The notes under the pieces were generated by a model. That model searched no databases and had not been told where the DNA came from. It saw only the letters and a program-made list of their open reading frames with translations. From Clostridia bacterium (lineage in GTDB: Bacteria > Bacillota > Clostridia > Christensenellales > CAG-314), in NCBI GenBank assembly GCA_017500855.1, contig JAFVYC010000022.1:13020-77019 (forward strand): 64,000 bases of DNA, given 5' to 3'. Of the stretch, positions 27,281 to 36,448 are shown piece after piece; position 1 is the stretch's first letter; the number at the start of each line of letters is the position of its first letter. Both the position numbers and the translations under genes were made by a program.

Positions 27281-28543
27281 CTAGTTGATGTCGGCAAGTT
27301 GTTTTTGCACAACGTACCTTTGCGAGCCGTAGGCGGAAACGACGTCGCCGTGGGTGTAGCCCGCCTTTGTGAAGTTGTTCAAACTGTAGTCGTTTTTTGG
27401 CGACACGGTTGCAAGAATAGTGATGTGGTCCGTCATGTTGGCTTCCAACAAGCCTTGGATTGTTGCTTGGAAATCGGCAAGGAAAAACTGTTGAATGCCG
27501 TAGCCACGGTACTCCTTGGCAACTTGCACACTGTCGAAACTTGCGTAGTTTTGGAAGTTGGCGTCGCCAACAAGTTTGCAAAGGTTGCGTGGGCTTTCCC
27601 TGTTCATCACGCCAATGCAAACGGCAACAAGTTTTTTGCCGTCGAACAAGCCGTAGCAGTAGTCGATGAGCATGGATTCCAAAATTTCTTCCTCGGTGGA
27701 GTACTTGAACACGTCAACGTTGTTGATTTCTCCACAAATTTGCTTTTGCAAAGCCAAAACTTGTTTTAGACTGCGTGGAAAAAGGCGCTTTTGATGAAGC
27801 GTTACACTTTGCCCCTTGCTGTTTGTGAAGGTGTGCTTGCCCTTGTCCGGAGCAAGGTAGTGTGTTTCGTGCATGTACAACTTTTGCTTCAAGTACATCA
27901 CGGGGATGGCGTTTTCCGGCATGGCAACAAGCCTGCTACCGTCCTTGGCGGCGCTTTTGGTGCGATGTTCGTACCACAAGGTGTACAGTTGGAAAATGTT
28001 GGAGTAGCTGGATGGCTCGGCATACAGTTCGTTTTCCTGCACGTAGTTGTTGTGAATAACCTTGAAAAATCTGTCGCCGAACAAGTCGTCCATTTGCTCG
28101 ATATTCATCAACCCGTGGTCGATGTTTTCAAACAGCACTTCGTAGAAAGTTAGGTACGCCATCAAGTCGGCGGAATGCACGTGGGTGTCGTCGTTGTCGT
28201 CGATGACTTCCAGTTCCAAATCGGGGTTTTTGAAGCATTCGCCCAACTTTTGGTACAACAGCATCAACCTTGGGTTTTCGATAAAGCGGAAGTTGAGGTC
28301 GGCAAGCGACATGCAACAGTTGGTGTGGTCGCTAGATTGCATTTCGAACACCACAAACAGTGCGCCAATGGCTGTGATGACAACTTCGAACAAGCCGATT
28401 GCCGCCTCTTGCTCGAAATTTTCGCCAAAAAGTTGGTACTTGATGAGCAAGTAGGGAACTTCCAATGCAATGATGAAAGTTATTGCAATGACAATTGTTC
28501 GAAGCAAATTCTTTTTGTTAGCTTGGGACATTCTCTTTTTCAT
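27281..28543 (-). CDS. membrane-anchored DUF4760-like domain fused to a C-terminal GNAT acetyltransferase domain
   Basis: Start set at the ATG at 28543 (GGAGGG SD). 420 aa. Two N-terminal TM helices are followed by a helical region (LNFRFIENPRLMLLYQKL...YLTFYEVLFENIDHGLMNIEQMDDLFGDRF) resembling DUF4760. The C-terminus has the GNAT acetyl-CoA motif VQVAKEYRGYGIQQFFL. Confidence 0.65.
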   Translation of the reverse strand: MKKRMSQANKKNLLRTIVIAITFIIALEVPYLLIKYQLFGENFEQEAAIGLFEVVITAIGALFVVFEMQSSDHTNCCMSLADLNFRFIENPRLMLLYQKLGECFKNPDLELEVIDDNDDTHVHSADLMAYLTFYEVLFENIDHGLMNIEQMDDLFGDRFFKVIHNNYVQENELYAEPSSYSNIFQLYTLWYEHRTKSAAKDGSRLVAMPENAIPVMYLKQKLYMHETHYLAPDKGKHTFTNSKGQSVTLHQKRLFPRSLKQVLALQKQICGEINNVDVFKYSTEEEILESMLIDYCYGLFDGKKLVAVCIGVMNRESPRNLCKLVGDANFQNYASFDSVQVAKEYRGYGIQQFFLADFQATIQGLLEANMTDHITILATVSPKNDYSLNNFTKAGYTHGDVVSAYGSQRYVVQKQLADIN

Positions 28544-28570
28544 GATTCCCTCCGATACGATTATAAACAA

Positions 28571-28599
28571 ATTATACTACTTGTTGACAGTTTTTGCAA
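28571..28599 (-). promoter_or_regulatory. promoter of the GNAT-fusion/racemase pair
   Basis: Minus strand: TTGCAA (28599-28594), 17 nt, TATAAT (28576-28571). Confidence 0.55.
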
Positions 28600-28649
28600 G
28601 AGATGGAAAAATTTTTATTGCAAAAATGCACTTTTTTTTAGTTTGCATA

Positions 28650-28678
28650 TTGACAAAGGTACAAAAATGCACTACAAT
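28650..28678 (+). promoter_or_regulatory. promoter of the SGNH lipoprotein gene
   Basis: TTGACA (28650-28655), 17 nt, TACAAT (28673-28678). Confidence 0.6.
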
Positions 28679-28701
28679 CTTACCATACAAGGAGGCACAC
28701 C

Positions 28702-29625
28702 ATGAAAAAACTTACTGCATTGCTACTTTTTGTGTGCGTTTTGACAAGTTGTTTGTTGCTTTGCGCATGCCAACCACCAAGTCCACCGGAACCACCGGCA
28801 CCGGAAATTCCCGACGTTTTGTACGACATTGAGCAAGACTTTTCGACGCTTCAACCAAACGATGCCAAGTTCCTTTTGGACAACGTTACCCCACGTGAAG
28901 ACAGCCCGTTGAAAGGCAAAGTTATCTACTGGCTTGGCTCTTCCGTTACTTACGGCTCGGCATCCAACGGCGTGAGCATGGCAGACTACCTTGCAAAACT
29001 GACCGGTTGCATCAGCAAAAAGGATGCTGTTAGCGGAACAACGTTGTTCGACGACAACAAAACTGCCGACACGGGTGTGAAATCCTACACACGCAGGTTG
29101 ATAAACAGCACCGTTTTTGACAAAAACGAAAAGGTTGACGCATTCATTTGCCAAATCTCCACCAACGACGCACGCAACGACCGTTTGGACAAGCGTGGCA
29201 AGTTGACAGACGAAAACAACGACGACATCAACTCCTTCAACAAGGCTACAACAATTGGCGCAATGGAATTCATCATTGCCTACGTTCACGAAACTTGGGG
29301 TTGCCCCGTGTACTTCTACTCCGGTAGTTACTTTGGCGACACGGGCACACGCAAAAGCACCAACCCAACCGGCACCAACTACGCAACTTTGGTTGAACAA
29401 ACACACCAAGTTGTGGAAAAATGGAACGGCTTCTACGGCTACCGTGTTGGCGTGATCGACCTGTTCAACGACGAAGAATTCAACGCCGTTGTCAGCGACG
29501 AATACTACAAGTGGGCAACAAGCGATGCCATCCACCCAAAACACGCAGGCTACTTGCAATGGTGGACACCCTACTTCGAGCAGTTCCTGATTGTTGAACT
29601 TACCATCAACATCTACGAAGAGTAG
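28702..29625 (+). CDS. SGNH/GDSL-family hydrolase lipoprotein
   Basis: 307 aa. Lipobox LCAC followed by a Pro-rich linker. Block I is YWLGSSVTYG, block III is QISTNDA, and block V is SDAIHP. Confidence 0.8.
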   Translation: MKKLTALLLFVCVLTSCLLLCACQPPSPPEPPAPEIPDVLYDIEQDFSTLQPNDAKFLLDNVTPREDSPLKGKVIYWLGSSVTYGSASNGVSMADYLAKLTGCISKKDAVSGTTLFDDNKTADTGVKSYTRRLINSTVFDKNEKVDAFICQISTNDARNDRLDKRGKLTDENNDDINSFNKATTIGAMEFIIAYVHETWGCPVYFYSGSYFGDTGTRKSTNPTGTNYATLVEQTHQVVEKWNGFYGYRVGVIDLFNDEEFNAVVSDEYYKWATSDAIHPKHAGYLQWWTPYFEQFLIVELTINIYEE

Positions 29626-29672
29626 GCAAAACTGGGCACACGTCCCCACAAAACACACAAAAAAAACACAAA

Positions 29673-29700
29673 ACCACCGAAACTTTCGGTGGTTTTTTTT
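29673..29700 (+). terminator. intrinsic terminator
   Basis: Stem ACCACCGAAA / TTTCGGTGGT followed by T7-8. Confidence 0.8.
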
Positions 29701-29709
29701 GCACTAAAC

Positions 29710-29753
29710 AAGGCATCGACTGCTGTCGATGCCTTTTTGCCACCACGGGGTGG
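29710..29753. repeat. composite double-hairpin module (inverted orientation)
   Basis: AAGGCATCGAC-tgct-GTCGATGCCTT followed by CCACC-ACGG-GGTGG. The same two hairpins occur at 40516-40561 and 41197-41241 in the opposite order. Confidence 0.85.
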
Positions 29754-29765
29754 GGATTTTGCTGT

Positions 29766-31142
29766 TTACTGCCTTGAAGCAATGTGGCGAGCAACGTAGA
29801 TTCCGCTTGCCGAAGCGTGGGAAAGCGAGTGTGTTACACCACTTCCGTCGCCAATGACGTACAAGCCGTTGTGGCTGGTTTGAAGGTCGTCGTCCAAAGC
29901 AACTTCCATGTTGTAGAACTTGACTTCCACACCGTACAAAAGAGTTTCGTCGCTTGCTGTGCCCGGGGCAATTTTGTCCAAAGCGTAGATCATTTCGATG
30001 ATGCCATCCAAAATGCGCTTGGGAATTACCAAACTCAAGTCGCCGGGAACTGCCTTCAACGTTGGAGTCATGAAGGATTTTTGAATGCGACTTTCCGTAC
30101 TGCGTTGGCCACGGATGAGGTCGCCGAAGCGTTGAACGATGATGCCACCACCCAACATGTTGGAAAGTTTTGCAATGCTTTCGCCGTAGCCGTTGCTATC
30201 CTTGAAAGGTTCGGTAAAGTGCTTGGAAACAAGCAATGCAAAGTTGGTGTTTTCCGTGTGGAATTGTGGGTCTTCGTAGCTGTGGCCGTTTACCGTGATG
30301 ATGCCGTTGGTGTTTTCCGTTACAACTGCGCCGTGTGGGTTCATGCAGAACGTGCGAACTTGGTCTTGGTACTTGGTGGTTTTGTACACAATCTTGCTTT
30401 CGTACAGTTCGTCGGTGATGTGTTGGAAAATGGCAGCGGGCAATTCAACACGCACGCCAATGTCCACACGATTGGACTTTGTTTTGATTTGCAAACTTTC
30501 GCAAACTTTTTCCATCCATTTGCTACCGCTACGGCCAACGGAAACAATGCAGTACTTGGAAGTGTAGGTTTGTGTTGCCGTGACAACGTTGTACAAGCCG
30601 TTTTGGTCAATTTCGATGGTTTTTACCGGCGTTAGGAAGAAGAAATCTACCTTGGTTTTGAGTTCTTCGTACAAATTGTGAAGCACAAGGTAGTTTTTGT
30701 CCGTGCCCAAATGGCGAACCTTTGCCGAGAGAAGGTGCAAGTTGTTTTGCAAGCATTTGCGCTTGAAGTCGCTGTCCACGGAAGAGTACAAGGAAGTTCC
30801 TTCGCCACCGTAGGCAAGGTTGATTTTGTCGACGTACTCCATCAATTCAATGGCAAGTTGCTTGCCGATGTGCTTGTGCAAAGTACCGCCAAATTCGTTG
30901 GTGATGTTGTACTTTCCGTCGGAAAAAGCGCCTGCGCCACCAAAGCCACTCATGATTGCGCAAGTTTTGCAATGCTTGCAACTTGTGACCTTTTTGCCGT
31001 CGATGGGGCACTTGCGTTTTGCAAGGGCGTTGCCTGCTTCGAACACGGCAATTTTGAGTTCAGGGTTGGATTTGGAAAGTTCGTAGGCGGAAAAAATACC
31101 GCCGGGGCCTGCGCCAATGATGATTACGTCGTAGTTGTTCAT
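29766..31142 (-). CDS. FAD-dependent oxidoreductase (uncharacterised FAD-dependent dehydrogenase family)
   Basis: Start set at the ATG at 31142. 458 aa. Dinucleotide-binding motif YDVIIIGAGPGGIFSA. The remainder resembles COG2509-type proteins (SGFGGAGAFSDGK, GRSGSKW). Confidence 0.82.
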   Translation of the reverse strand: MNNYDVIIIGAGPGGIFSAYELSKSNPELKIAVFEAGNALAKRKCPIDGKKVTSCKHCKTCAIMSGFGGAGAFSDGKYNITNEFGGTLHKHIGKQLAIELMEYVDKINLAYGGEGTSLYSSVDSDFKRKCLQNNLHLLSAKVRHLGTDKNYLVLHNLYEELKTKVDFFFLTPVKTIEIDQNGLYNVVTATQTYTSKYCIVSVGRSGSKWMEKVCESLQIKTKSNRVDIGVRVELPAAIFQHITDELYESKIVYKTTKYQDQVRTFCMNPHGAVVTENTNGIITVNGHSYEDPQFHTENTNFALLVSKHFTEPFKDSNGYGESIAKLSNMLGGGIIVQRFGDLIRGQRSTESRIQKSFMTPTLKAVPGDLSLVIPKRILDGIIEMIYALDKIAPGTASDETLLYGVEVKFYNMEVALDDDLQTSHNGLYVIGDGSGVTHSLSHASASGIYVARHIASRQ

Positions 31143-31189
31143 TTCATTTCCTTTTGTGGCAAAGTTGCCACGCATATTTTGACAAATAT

Positions 31190-31218
31190 ATTATACCACA
31201 ATATATTGCAAATTGCAA
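31190..31218 (-). promoter_or_regulatory. promoter of the FAD oxidoreductase gene
   Basis: Minus strand: TTGCAA (31218-31213), 17 nt, TGgTATAAT (hexamer 31195-31190). Confidence 0.55.
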
Positions 31219-31615
31219 GTATACAAGCAAACAAGTGCAAACAATATTATTGACAAAAACTCACGCAAAAAGCCGTGGCGAAAGTTTGCAAAACAAAACC
31301 AATTGTAGCCAACACAACGTTTTGTGCAACACTCAACAAAACTTGCAAGCGTTGCAACAACTGAAACTTGCATTTGTGAAAAAAGCGCATTTTGCCCACA
31401 CGGGGGTGGGATTTTTGCACCATTGGCGTTTGTTTGCACCCCACCACGGCGCCAAACAACGTGTTGAAAGCAAGGCGCAAAGACTTTGCTTGTTTTTGCC
31501 AAATTTGCCACCACGTGGTAGCATTTTTGCAATTTTCAGGGTGGCGAGTTTTGCAAAGGCTTTGCCCAAAGTTGCAGTTTGCAACACGCCTTGAAAGTTG
31601 CAATTGCACTTGCAC

Positions 31616-31655
31616 GCAAAAACAAACGGGCATTGAAAAATCAATGCCCGTTTTG
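31616..31655. terminator. bidirectional intrinsic terminator
   Basis: 12-bp stem AACGGGCATTGA / TCAATGCCCGTT (31625-31652) flanked by an A-run and a T-run. Confidence 0.7.
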
Positions 31656-31697
31656 TTGGAATTTTTGTGTTTTTGCTACCACGGGGTAGGCGTTTTG

Positions 31698-32150
31698 CTA
31701 GTTGATCGTGGTTGTTTCAATTGTGCCGTCGGTAACGTTCCAAGTTGCTCGTGTTTTGCCAAGGGTGTAGACAATCTTTGCGCCATTGTCTTCCGATGCA
31801 AATTGCACGTCTGCATTCAAGGAAGCAAATTCTGGAATAGCATGGAAAATTGCAGTTATGGTTTGTTGATCAGGCGTTTGACCATTAGAGTCACTGATAA
31901 TCAACTTGCCGTCTTGTTTTGAAAATGTGTAGGTGTCTGTGCCCACCTCAACTTCAAATGCGTTGCTTGGCAAGAATTTTGCGTTGATGAAATCCCTGAT
32001 TTGTGTCAGTTCAGTTCTTGCGTTGGATTCGTTTGCTTTGTCGATGAAAGCCGTGTAGCCCACAACGGAAACGGATGCCAAAATTGCCAAAATGGCAATG
32101 ACTACCAAAAGTTCAACAAGGGTGAAACCCTTTTTCTTTGCATTTTTCAT
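31698..32150 (-). CDS. prepilin-type N-terminal cleavage/methylation domain protein (small pilin/pseudopilin-like)
   Basis: Start set at the ATG at 32150 (AAGGAGG SD). 150 aa. MKNAKKKG/FTLVELLVVIAILAILASVSVVGYTAFIDKANESNA is nearly identical to the N-terminus of the 4046-5383 product. Confidence 0.8.
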   Translation of the reverse strand: MKNAKKKGFTLVELLVVIAILAILASVSVVGYTAFIDKANESNARTELTQIRDFINAKFLPSNAFEVEVGTDTYTFSKQDGKLIISDSNGQTPDQQTITAIFHAIPEFASLNADVQFASEDNGAKIVYTLGKTRATWNVTDGTIETTTIN

Positions 32151-32283
32151 ACAATGCCTCCTTGAAAAAATGATTTTTGTTGATGAAAGTACGCCACCGC
32201 AAAATGCCTGTTTTGAATTGAAGCCCAACGCCGTTTGCACAACAGTTTGCGCAAATTTGGCACCACGGGGTGGCAAAATGCAA

Positions 32284-33327
32284 CTAAACAAGGCTGTTCA
32301 GTTTGAATGTTGTTGGGTCGATGCCTTGCACGGAGTACAAGTCCAAAGTGAAATCTCTGCCCACGTCCAAGCCGTCCAACCTTTCGCCGTGGTTGTACAA
32401 CACCAAGCGCTTTGCGCCACTGGCAAAGGTGTACAGCAACACGCCGTGCAACTTGTCGTCGGAGAACCATCCGTGAACAAGGTCTCCATTTGGGTAGAAC
32501 TTCATGCCGATGCCCTCGAACTTGTCGTGAACAAACGGGCCTTCGTAGCGGGTGCCATCCGACCAAGTGTAGGCGCCGTAGCCGTGGAATTCCCCTTCCA
32601 CAAAGTCGCCAACGTAGGATGCGCCGGAAGCCATGTAGTAGGCGCCCTTGCCCGTGCGAGAGCCGTGAACGTAGTCGCCCTCGAACCTTGCGCCACTCAC
32701 GTAGTTGTACACGCCAAAACCATGGCGTTTGCCCTCTCCGTCCACCGTGCCTTCGTACCAGTCGCCGTTGGAGTACTTTTCCACAATGGGTTCGTCCAAC
32801 CCGGGGCGGAAAACATCAATGTCGAATTCGTCCGGTTCAACGCCTTCGTAGTGAGCCAAATCCAAAGTGAAGTCGGCAGAAACGTCCACACCCTTGACTT
32901 TGGTGCCGTTTTTGTACATGATGACACGCTTGTTGCCACTTTTGAAAGTGTACAACGCAACGCCGTGCAACTCGCCGTTCTTGTACCAAGCGTGAACACG
33001 GTCGCCATCGGAGTACACACGCAACGCAAGTCCGTGGAATTTGTCTTGCACGAATGGGCCACAGTAGAAGCCACCGCTTGGCCAGGTGTAGGTGCCTTCG
33101 CCGTGTTTTGCTCCTTTGACAAAACTGCCAACGTAGGTTGCGCCACTTGCCCAAGTGTAGGTGCCTTCGCCGGTGCGATCGCCGTGAAGAAATTCCCCTT
33201 CGTACTTGTCGCCTGAATCCCACGAGTACACGCCAAAACCGTGGCGTCGATTTTGCTCGTCGAATGTGCCTGTGTAGCTACTTTTGTCGTACTTTTCCGT
33301 ACGAACCGGAGATACGTAGTCGTTCAT
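32284..33327 (-). CDS. MORN-repeat protein (internally duplicated)
   Basis: Start set at the ATG at 33327 (AAGGAG SD). 347 aa. Repeated YEGEFxxGxxxGxGxYxWxxG units. The two ~165-aa halves are clearly homologous (RHGFGVYSW... and RHGFGVYNY...). Confidence 0.85.
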   Translation of the reverse strand: MNDYVSPVRTEKYDKSSYTGTFDEQNRRHGFGVYSWDSGDKYEGEFLHGDRTGEGTYTWASGATYVGSFVKGAKHGEGTYTWPSGGFYCGPFVQDKFHGLALRVYSDGDRVHAWYKNGELHGVALYTFKSGNKRVIMYKNGTKVKGVDVSADFTLDLAHYEGVEPDEFDIDVFRPGLDEPIVEKYSNGDWYEGTVDGEGKRHGFGVYNYVSGARFEGDYVHGSRTGKGAYYMASGASYVGDFVEGEFHGYGAYTWSDGTRYEGPFVHDKFEGIGMKFYPNGDLVHGWFSDDKLHGVLLYTFASGAKRLVLYNHGERLDGLDVGRDFTLDLYSVQGIDPTTFKLNSLV

Positions 33328-33509
33328 ATCTTTTCTCCTTGTTTGTGATAGTATCATTGTACAACAAAACGGGTGTTTGCGGTAGCAAATTGACGCCTTT
33401 TGTTGCAAAATATTTTTTCATTTTTGTTTTTGGTTGCAAATTGGCGAACAAACGCTCTTTGTTGCGCTTTTTTTGCGCCACACCACATTGTTTTGCCAAT
33501 TGGCTTGCC

Positions 33510-35114
33510 CTACTTGCGAGAACTGTACATTTTGAGGTAGTAGTTGGCAAGTTTTTGGTCGGGAGCAATGGGGCCAAGTCCATCTCGGTAGATGGTGTGC
33601 AGTTTCCACATGCAAAAAGCTTGCTTCTTGTCAACGCCCACTTTCAACACGGCAACAGCTTTGTACACGTCCGGTTGGCAACCAACACCTTCAATAAGCA
33701 AATCGGCAAGGTCGGCGCAACCTGAGTGGGGTGGGCACTCGGCGTACACCCTTGTGTAGTGGAAAACTTTGTCGTCGTCTTTGGGGACGATAAAACCTTT
33801 TTTGTAGGCTTCGGCAACACGCTTTGCGCTTTGACCGTCCTTCATGTCGGCAGACTTTTTGTACCAAACAAACTGTTGGTACAAGCGTTCCTTTTGCGCC
33901 TCGTCCGTTGGCGCCTTGTTGATTTGCCAAAAGGAAAAGTCGGACGGTTTGAGTTGCTTGTCGCCATACATTTTGATGGCAGGGATGTGATTTAGGCGAA
34001 TGGCATCCTGCAAATAGCCCATGCCGGCGGAAAAACATTCCTCGGGGGAAATCTTTTCGTCCGAGTCATTGTCGGAATCGTCGTCCATTCCGTCAAAACA
34101 AATTTGCGCCAAACGCATCAAACTTGGAACGTGGCCGTTGTTGCCAGCAGTGCCCAACAACTCCATGCATTGCTCCATAAGCCCAAAGTCGTCGTCGGAA
34201 ACGTCGTACAAGTACACAAACAGTTTGTAGGCGCTTTCACTGTCGCCGTTTTTTGCACGTTCCAAAAGCCTTTCGTGCACGGGGCGTTGGTCGAAACCTT
34301 GCCGAAGTCGCTCAATTGCCACACGGTACTTTTGGTCGGCAACAAGCTTGCAACACCTTTCGGCTTCCTCGGCGGAAACGTCGAAGCAAGCAATTTCGTC
34401 AAAAATTTGGTAGATAGAAACACACGCCATGGCGCATCCTTGCTCCACTGCTTGGCGCAACAATTTGATGCCCTTGGCGCAATCTGCTTCCACACCCCAG
34501 TAGCCGTAGACGTAGGCAAGCCCAAGGTCACACTTGGCTTGGGAATGGAAGTTGTTGCTTGCCACGGTAAGCAAATTGACGCCTTGCTTGAACTCTTCGT
34601 TTTTAATGAGTTTGTGGGCCTCTTCGTAGGTTTTTTTGCTGTGCAATTTGGAAAGTTCTTTTGCACGTGGCAACCTTTCGGCGGAAAGTGGGTGCGTGTC
34701 CTCTTGGTACATCACAACGGCGGCGTAGTAGTTTTGGTAGGCTTCCTGCACGAACGCTTGCCTAACTTTGTACATTTCGTCGGTGGGAAAGTACATGAAA
34801 TTGGGCATACGTATGCGAAAAAGCGCCACTTGCTTGTCGTTGAACAACTTGTTGGCAAACGCCAAATCTTGGTCGTCCTCCAATGGCAAACCAACGGAAA
34901 GAAGCGGGTATTTTGCAGAAATGTCCTTGCCGTCAAGCATGTCCAAGTACAGTTCGCAAGCAACCTTGACAACCAAGCCCAACAGCATCAATTCTTCCGT
35001 TTCGCCGTGTTGCTTGGCAAGTTCTTCGAACAACGCAAAAAGTTCGCCCTGACGGCGAAACACGTCGTCTTTGTTTGTGGTGTGCAAGTTTAGCACCGTT
35101 TGTGGGGTAAGCAT
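33510..35114 (-). CDS. Sel1-like (SLR/TPR) repeat protein
   Basis: Start set at the ATG at 35114 (AAGGAG SD). The ORF-track extension to 35549 is low-complexity and lacks an SD. 534 aa. Sel1-like units include AKCDLGLAYVYGYWGVEADCAKGIKLLRQAVEQG and SAKRVAEAYKKGFIVPKDDDKVFHY. Confidence 0.7.
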   Translation of the reverse strand: MLTPQTVLNLHTTNKDDVFRRQGELFALFEELAKQHGETEELMLLGLVVKVACELYLDMLDGKDISAKYPLLSVGLPLEDDQDLAFANKLFNDKQVALFRIRMPNFMYFPTDEMYKVRQAFVQEAYQNYYAAVVMYQEDTHPLSAERLPRAKELSKLHSKKTYEEAHKLIKNEEFKQGVNLLTVASNNFHSQAKCDLGLAYVYGYWGVEADCAKGIKLLRQAVEQGCAMACVSIYQIFDEIACFDVSAEEAERCCKLVADQKYRVAIERLRQGFDQRPVHERLLERAKNGDSESAYKLFVYLYDVSDDDFGLMEQCMELLGTAGNNGHVPSLMRLAQICFDGMDDDSDNDSDEKISPEECFSAGMGYLQDAIRLNHIPAIKMYGDKQLKPSDFSFWQINKAPTDEAQKERLYQQFVWYKKSADMKDGQSAKRVAEAYKKGFIVPKDDDKVFHYTRVYAECPPHSGCADLADLLIEGVGCQPDVYKAVAVLKVGVDKKQAFCMWKLHTIYRDGLGPIAPDQKLANYYLKMYSSRK

Positions 35115-35421
35115 GATTTCTCCTTGTGTGGGGGATGAGATTTTGCCTTGCGTTGAAAAGTTTGGCGCAAAATTTGCAAAAAAAGTTGCCCAAACTTGCC
35201 AACTGCTTGCGTTGCAACAATTGTACCATTTGTAGCACACAAAGTCAATAGCAAAGGGGAATTTTGTGGCAAATTTGCACGTGAAAACGTTGCTTTCGCA
35301 ACAACTTGCGAAAAAACGATGCGCAAACGGCAACAACGTGCTCAACGGGCAAAACAATTGCGCTTTGCCTGTTGACTTGCACTGCCATTTTGTGCTACAA
35401 TGCTTGTGGAGGGCTACAAAA

Positions 35422-35823
35422 ATGACAAAAAGCGCAAACGTGTTTTCTCTTGTGATACTGATACTGTTTGTTGTTGTGGGTGTTTTCACGCTGGTTTCCG
35501 ATGGTATTTTTGGCGCAAACGGAGTGGAAACAACGGCAACCATCAGCAAAATAGAAAAAGTCTACCAAGGCACGGCAACGGTACACAAAGTATACGTTTG
35601 CTACACGGTGGATGGCGTTGACTACGTCGACGTTTTGTTGGATGCCTACGATCCGTCCATGCAAGAAAACGGGCAAATTTCCATTTTGTACATGCCAAAC
35701 AACCCAACGGAAATTTCCTACCCAAAAATGCGTTGGCTACCTTGGCTACTGCTTGCAACGGGCGCAATTGGCATTGTGGGCTACTTTGCCACAAACAAGG
35801 CAAAAACCAACCACGCCCCCTAG
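35422..35823 (+). CDS. DUF3592-like membrane protein
   Basis: Start set at the ATG at 35422 (GGAGGG SD). 133 aa. The layout is TM, beta-rich domain (VYVCYTVDGVDYVDVLLDAYDPSMQENGQISILYMPNNP), TM, typical of DUF3592. Confidence 0.65.
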   Translation: MTKSANVFSLVILILFVVVGVFTLVSDGIFGANGVETTATISKIEKVYQGTATVHKVYVCYTVDGVDYVDVLLDAYDPSMQENGQISILYMPNNPTEISYPKMRWLPWLLLATGAIGIVGYFATNKAKTNHAP

Positions 35824-35923
35824 AAACGGCAGTTGCAAAAAGGTTTTGGCACGTTCAAACGCACCACGTTTGCCAAGCCACAAAACGCAACGCATTTTGA
35901 CTGAAAATTTTGGCTCACAACAC

Positions 35924-35953
35924 AAAAAAAACGCACCACGTGGTGCGTTTTTC
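35924..35953. terminator. bidirectional terminator between convergent genes
   Basis: A8, palindrome ACGCACCAC/GTGGTGCGT, then T5. Confidence 0.65.
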
Positions 35954-35970
35954 TATTTTGGTTGTCTTTG

Positions 35971-36414
35971 TTACTTTTTGCCATAGGGATTTTTGAAACG
36001 TGGGCTGTTGAGCACCTCGCCAAGCACAATCGCACGTTGCAAACGTTTTGCATCGAACTGCCTTGTTCCGTCTTCGGTGACGTAGGCAACGTCTTCGGCA
36101 ATCAGTCGCACGCCGTCGAGAGCCGGGCAACCTTCGTCGTTGATGTCGCCAAGGCTACCAACAATTTCGTCGTACTCTTCCACCTTGCCAATGTGGCCGT
36201 GGCTTTCGTCAATGGGTGGTTTCTTGACTGTTGGCGTTGTGTAAGATTTGCGAGTACGCAAACTTTCCACGTAGCGACGCTGTTGTTCCGTCAGTTCCGT
36301 TGGGTCGGACGTTGTTTCCGAAACGGTTTTGCGTTGTACTTCTACCTTTTTGGCGGATTTGACAATTGAAGAAATTATTCCTATCACAACCAAAAGTGGT
36401 ATAATAAATTCCAT
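35971..36414 (-). CDS. hypothetical membrane-anchored protein, third gene of the nfeD-floA unit
   Basis: Start set at the ATG at 36414 (GGAGAG SD). 147 aa with one N-terminal TM helix. The rest is charged and hydrophilic with no recognised motif. Confidence 0.6.
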   Translation of the reverse strand: MEFIIPLLVVIGIISSIVKSAKKVEVQRKTVSETTSDPTELTEQQRRYVESLRTRKSYTTPTVKKPPIDESHGHIGKVEEYDEIVGSLGDINDEGCPALDGVRLIAEDVAYVTEDGTRQFDAKRLQRAIVLGEVLNSPRFKNPYGKK

Positions 36415-36448
36415 ACTTACTCTCCAATGTTGCAAAAGCAACTAGTTG

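Noticed and set aside
35115-35549. 145-codon N-terminal extension of the Sel1-repeat ORF. Similar extensions occur on about 20 other ORFs (for example 5384-5491, 18924-19067, 21863-22012 and 32151-32291).
   Set aside because: The extensions run through intergenic repeat DNA and lack an SD. In each case an internal ATG/GTG with a strong GGAGG-type SD gives a sensible N-terminus (signal peptide, pilin leader or conserved start).
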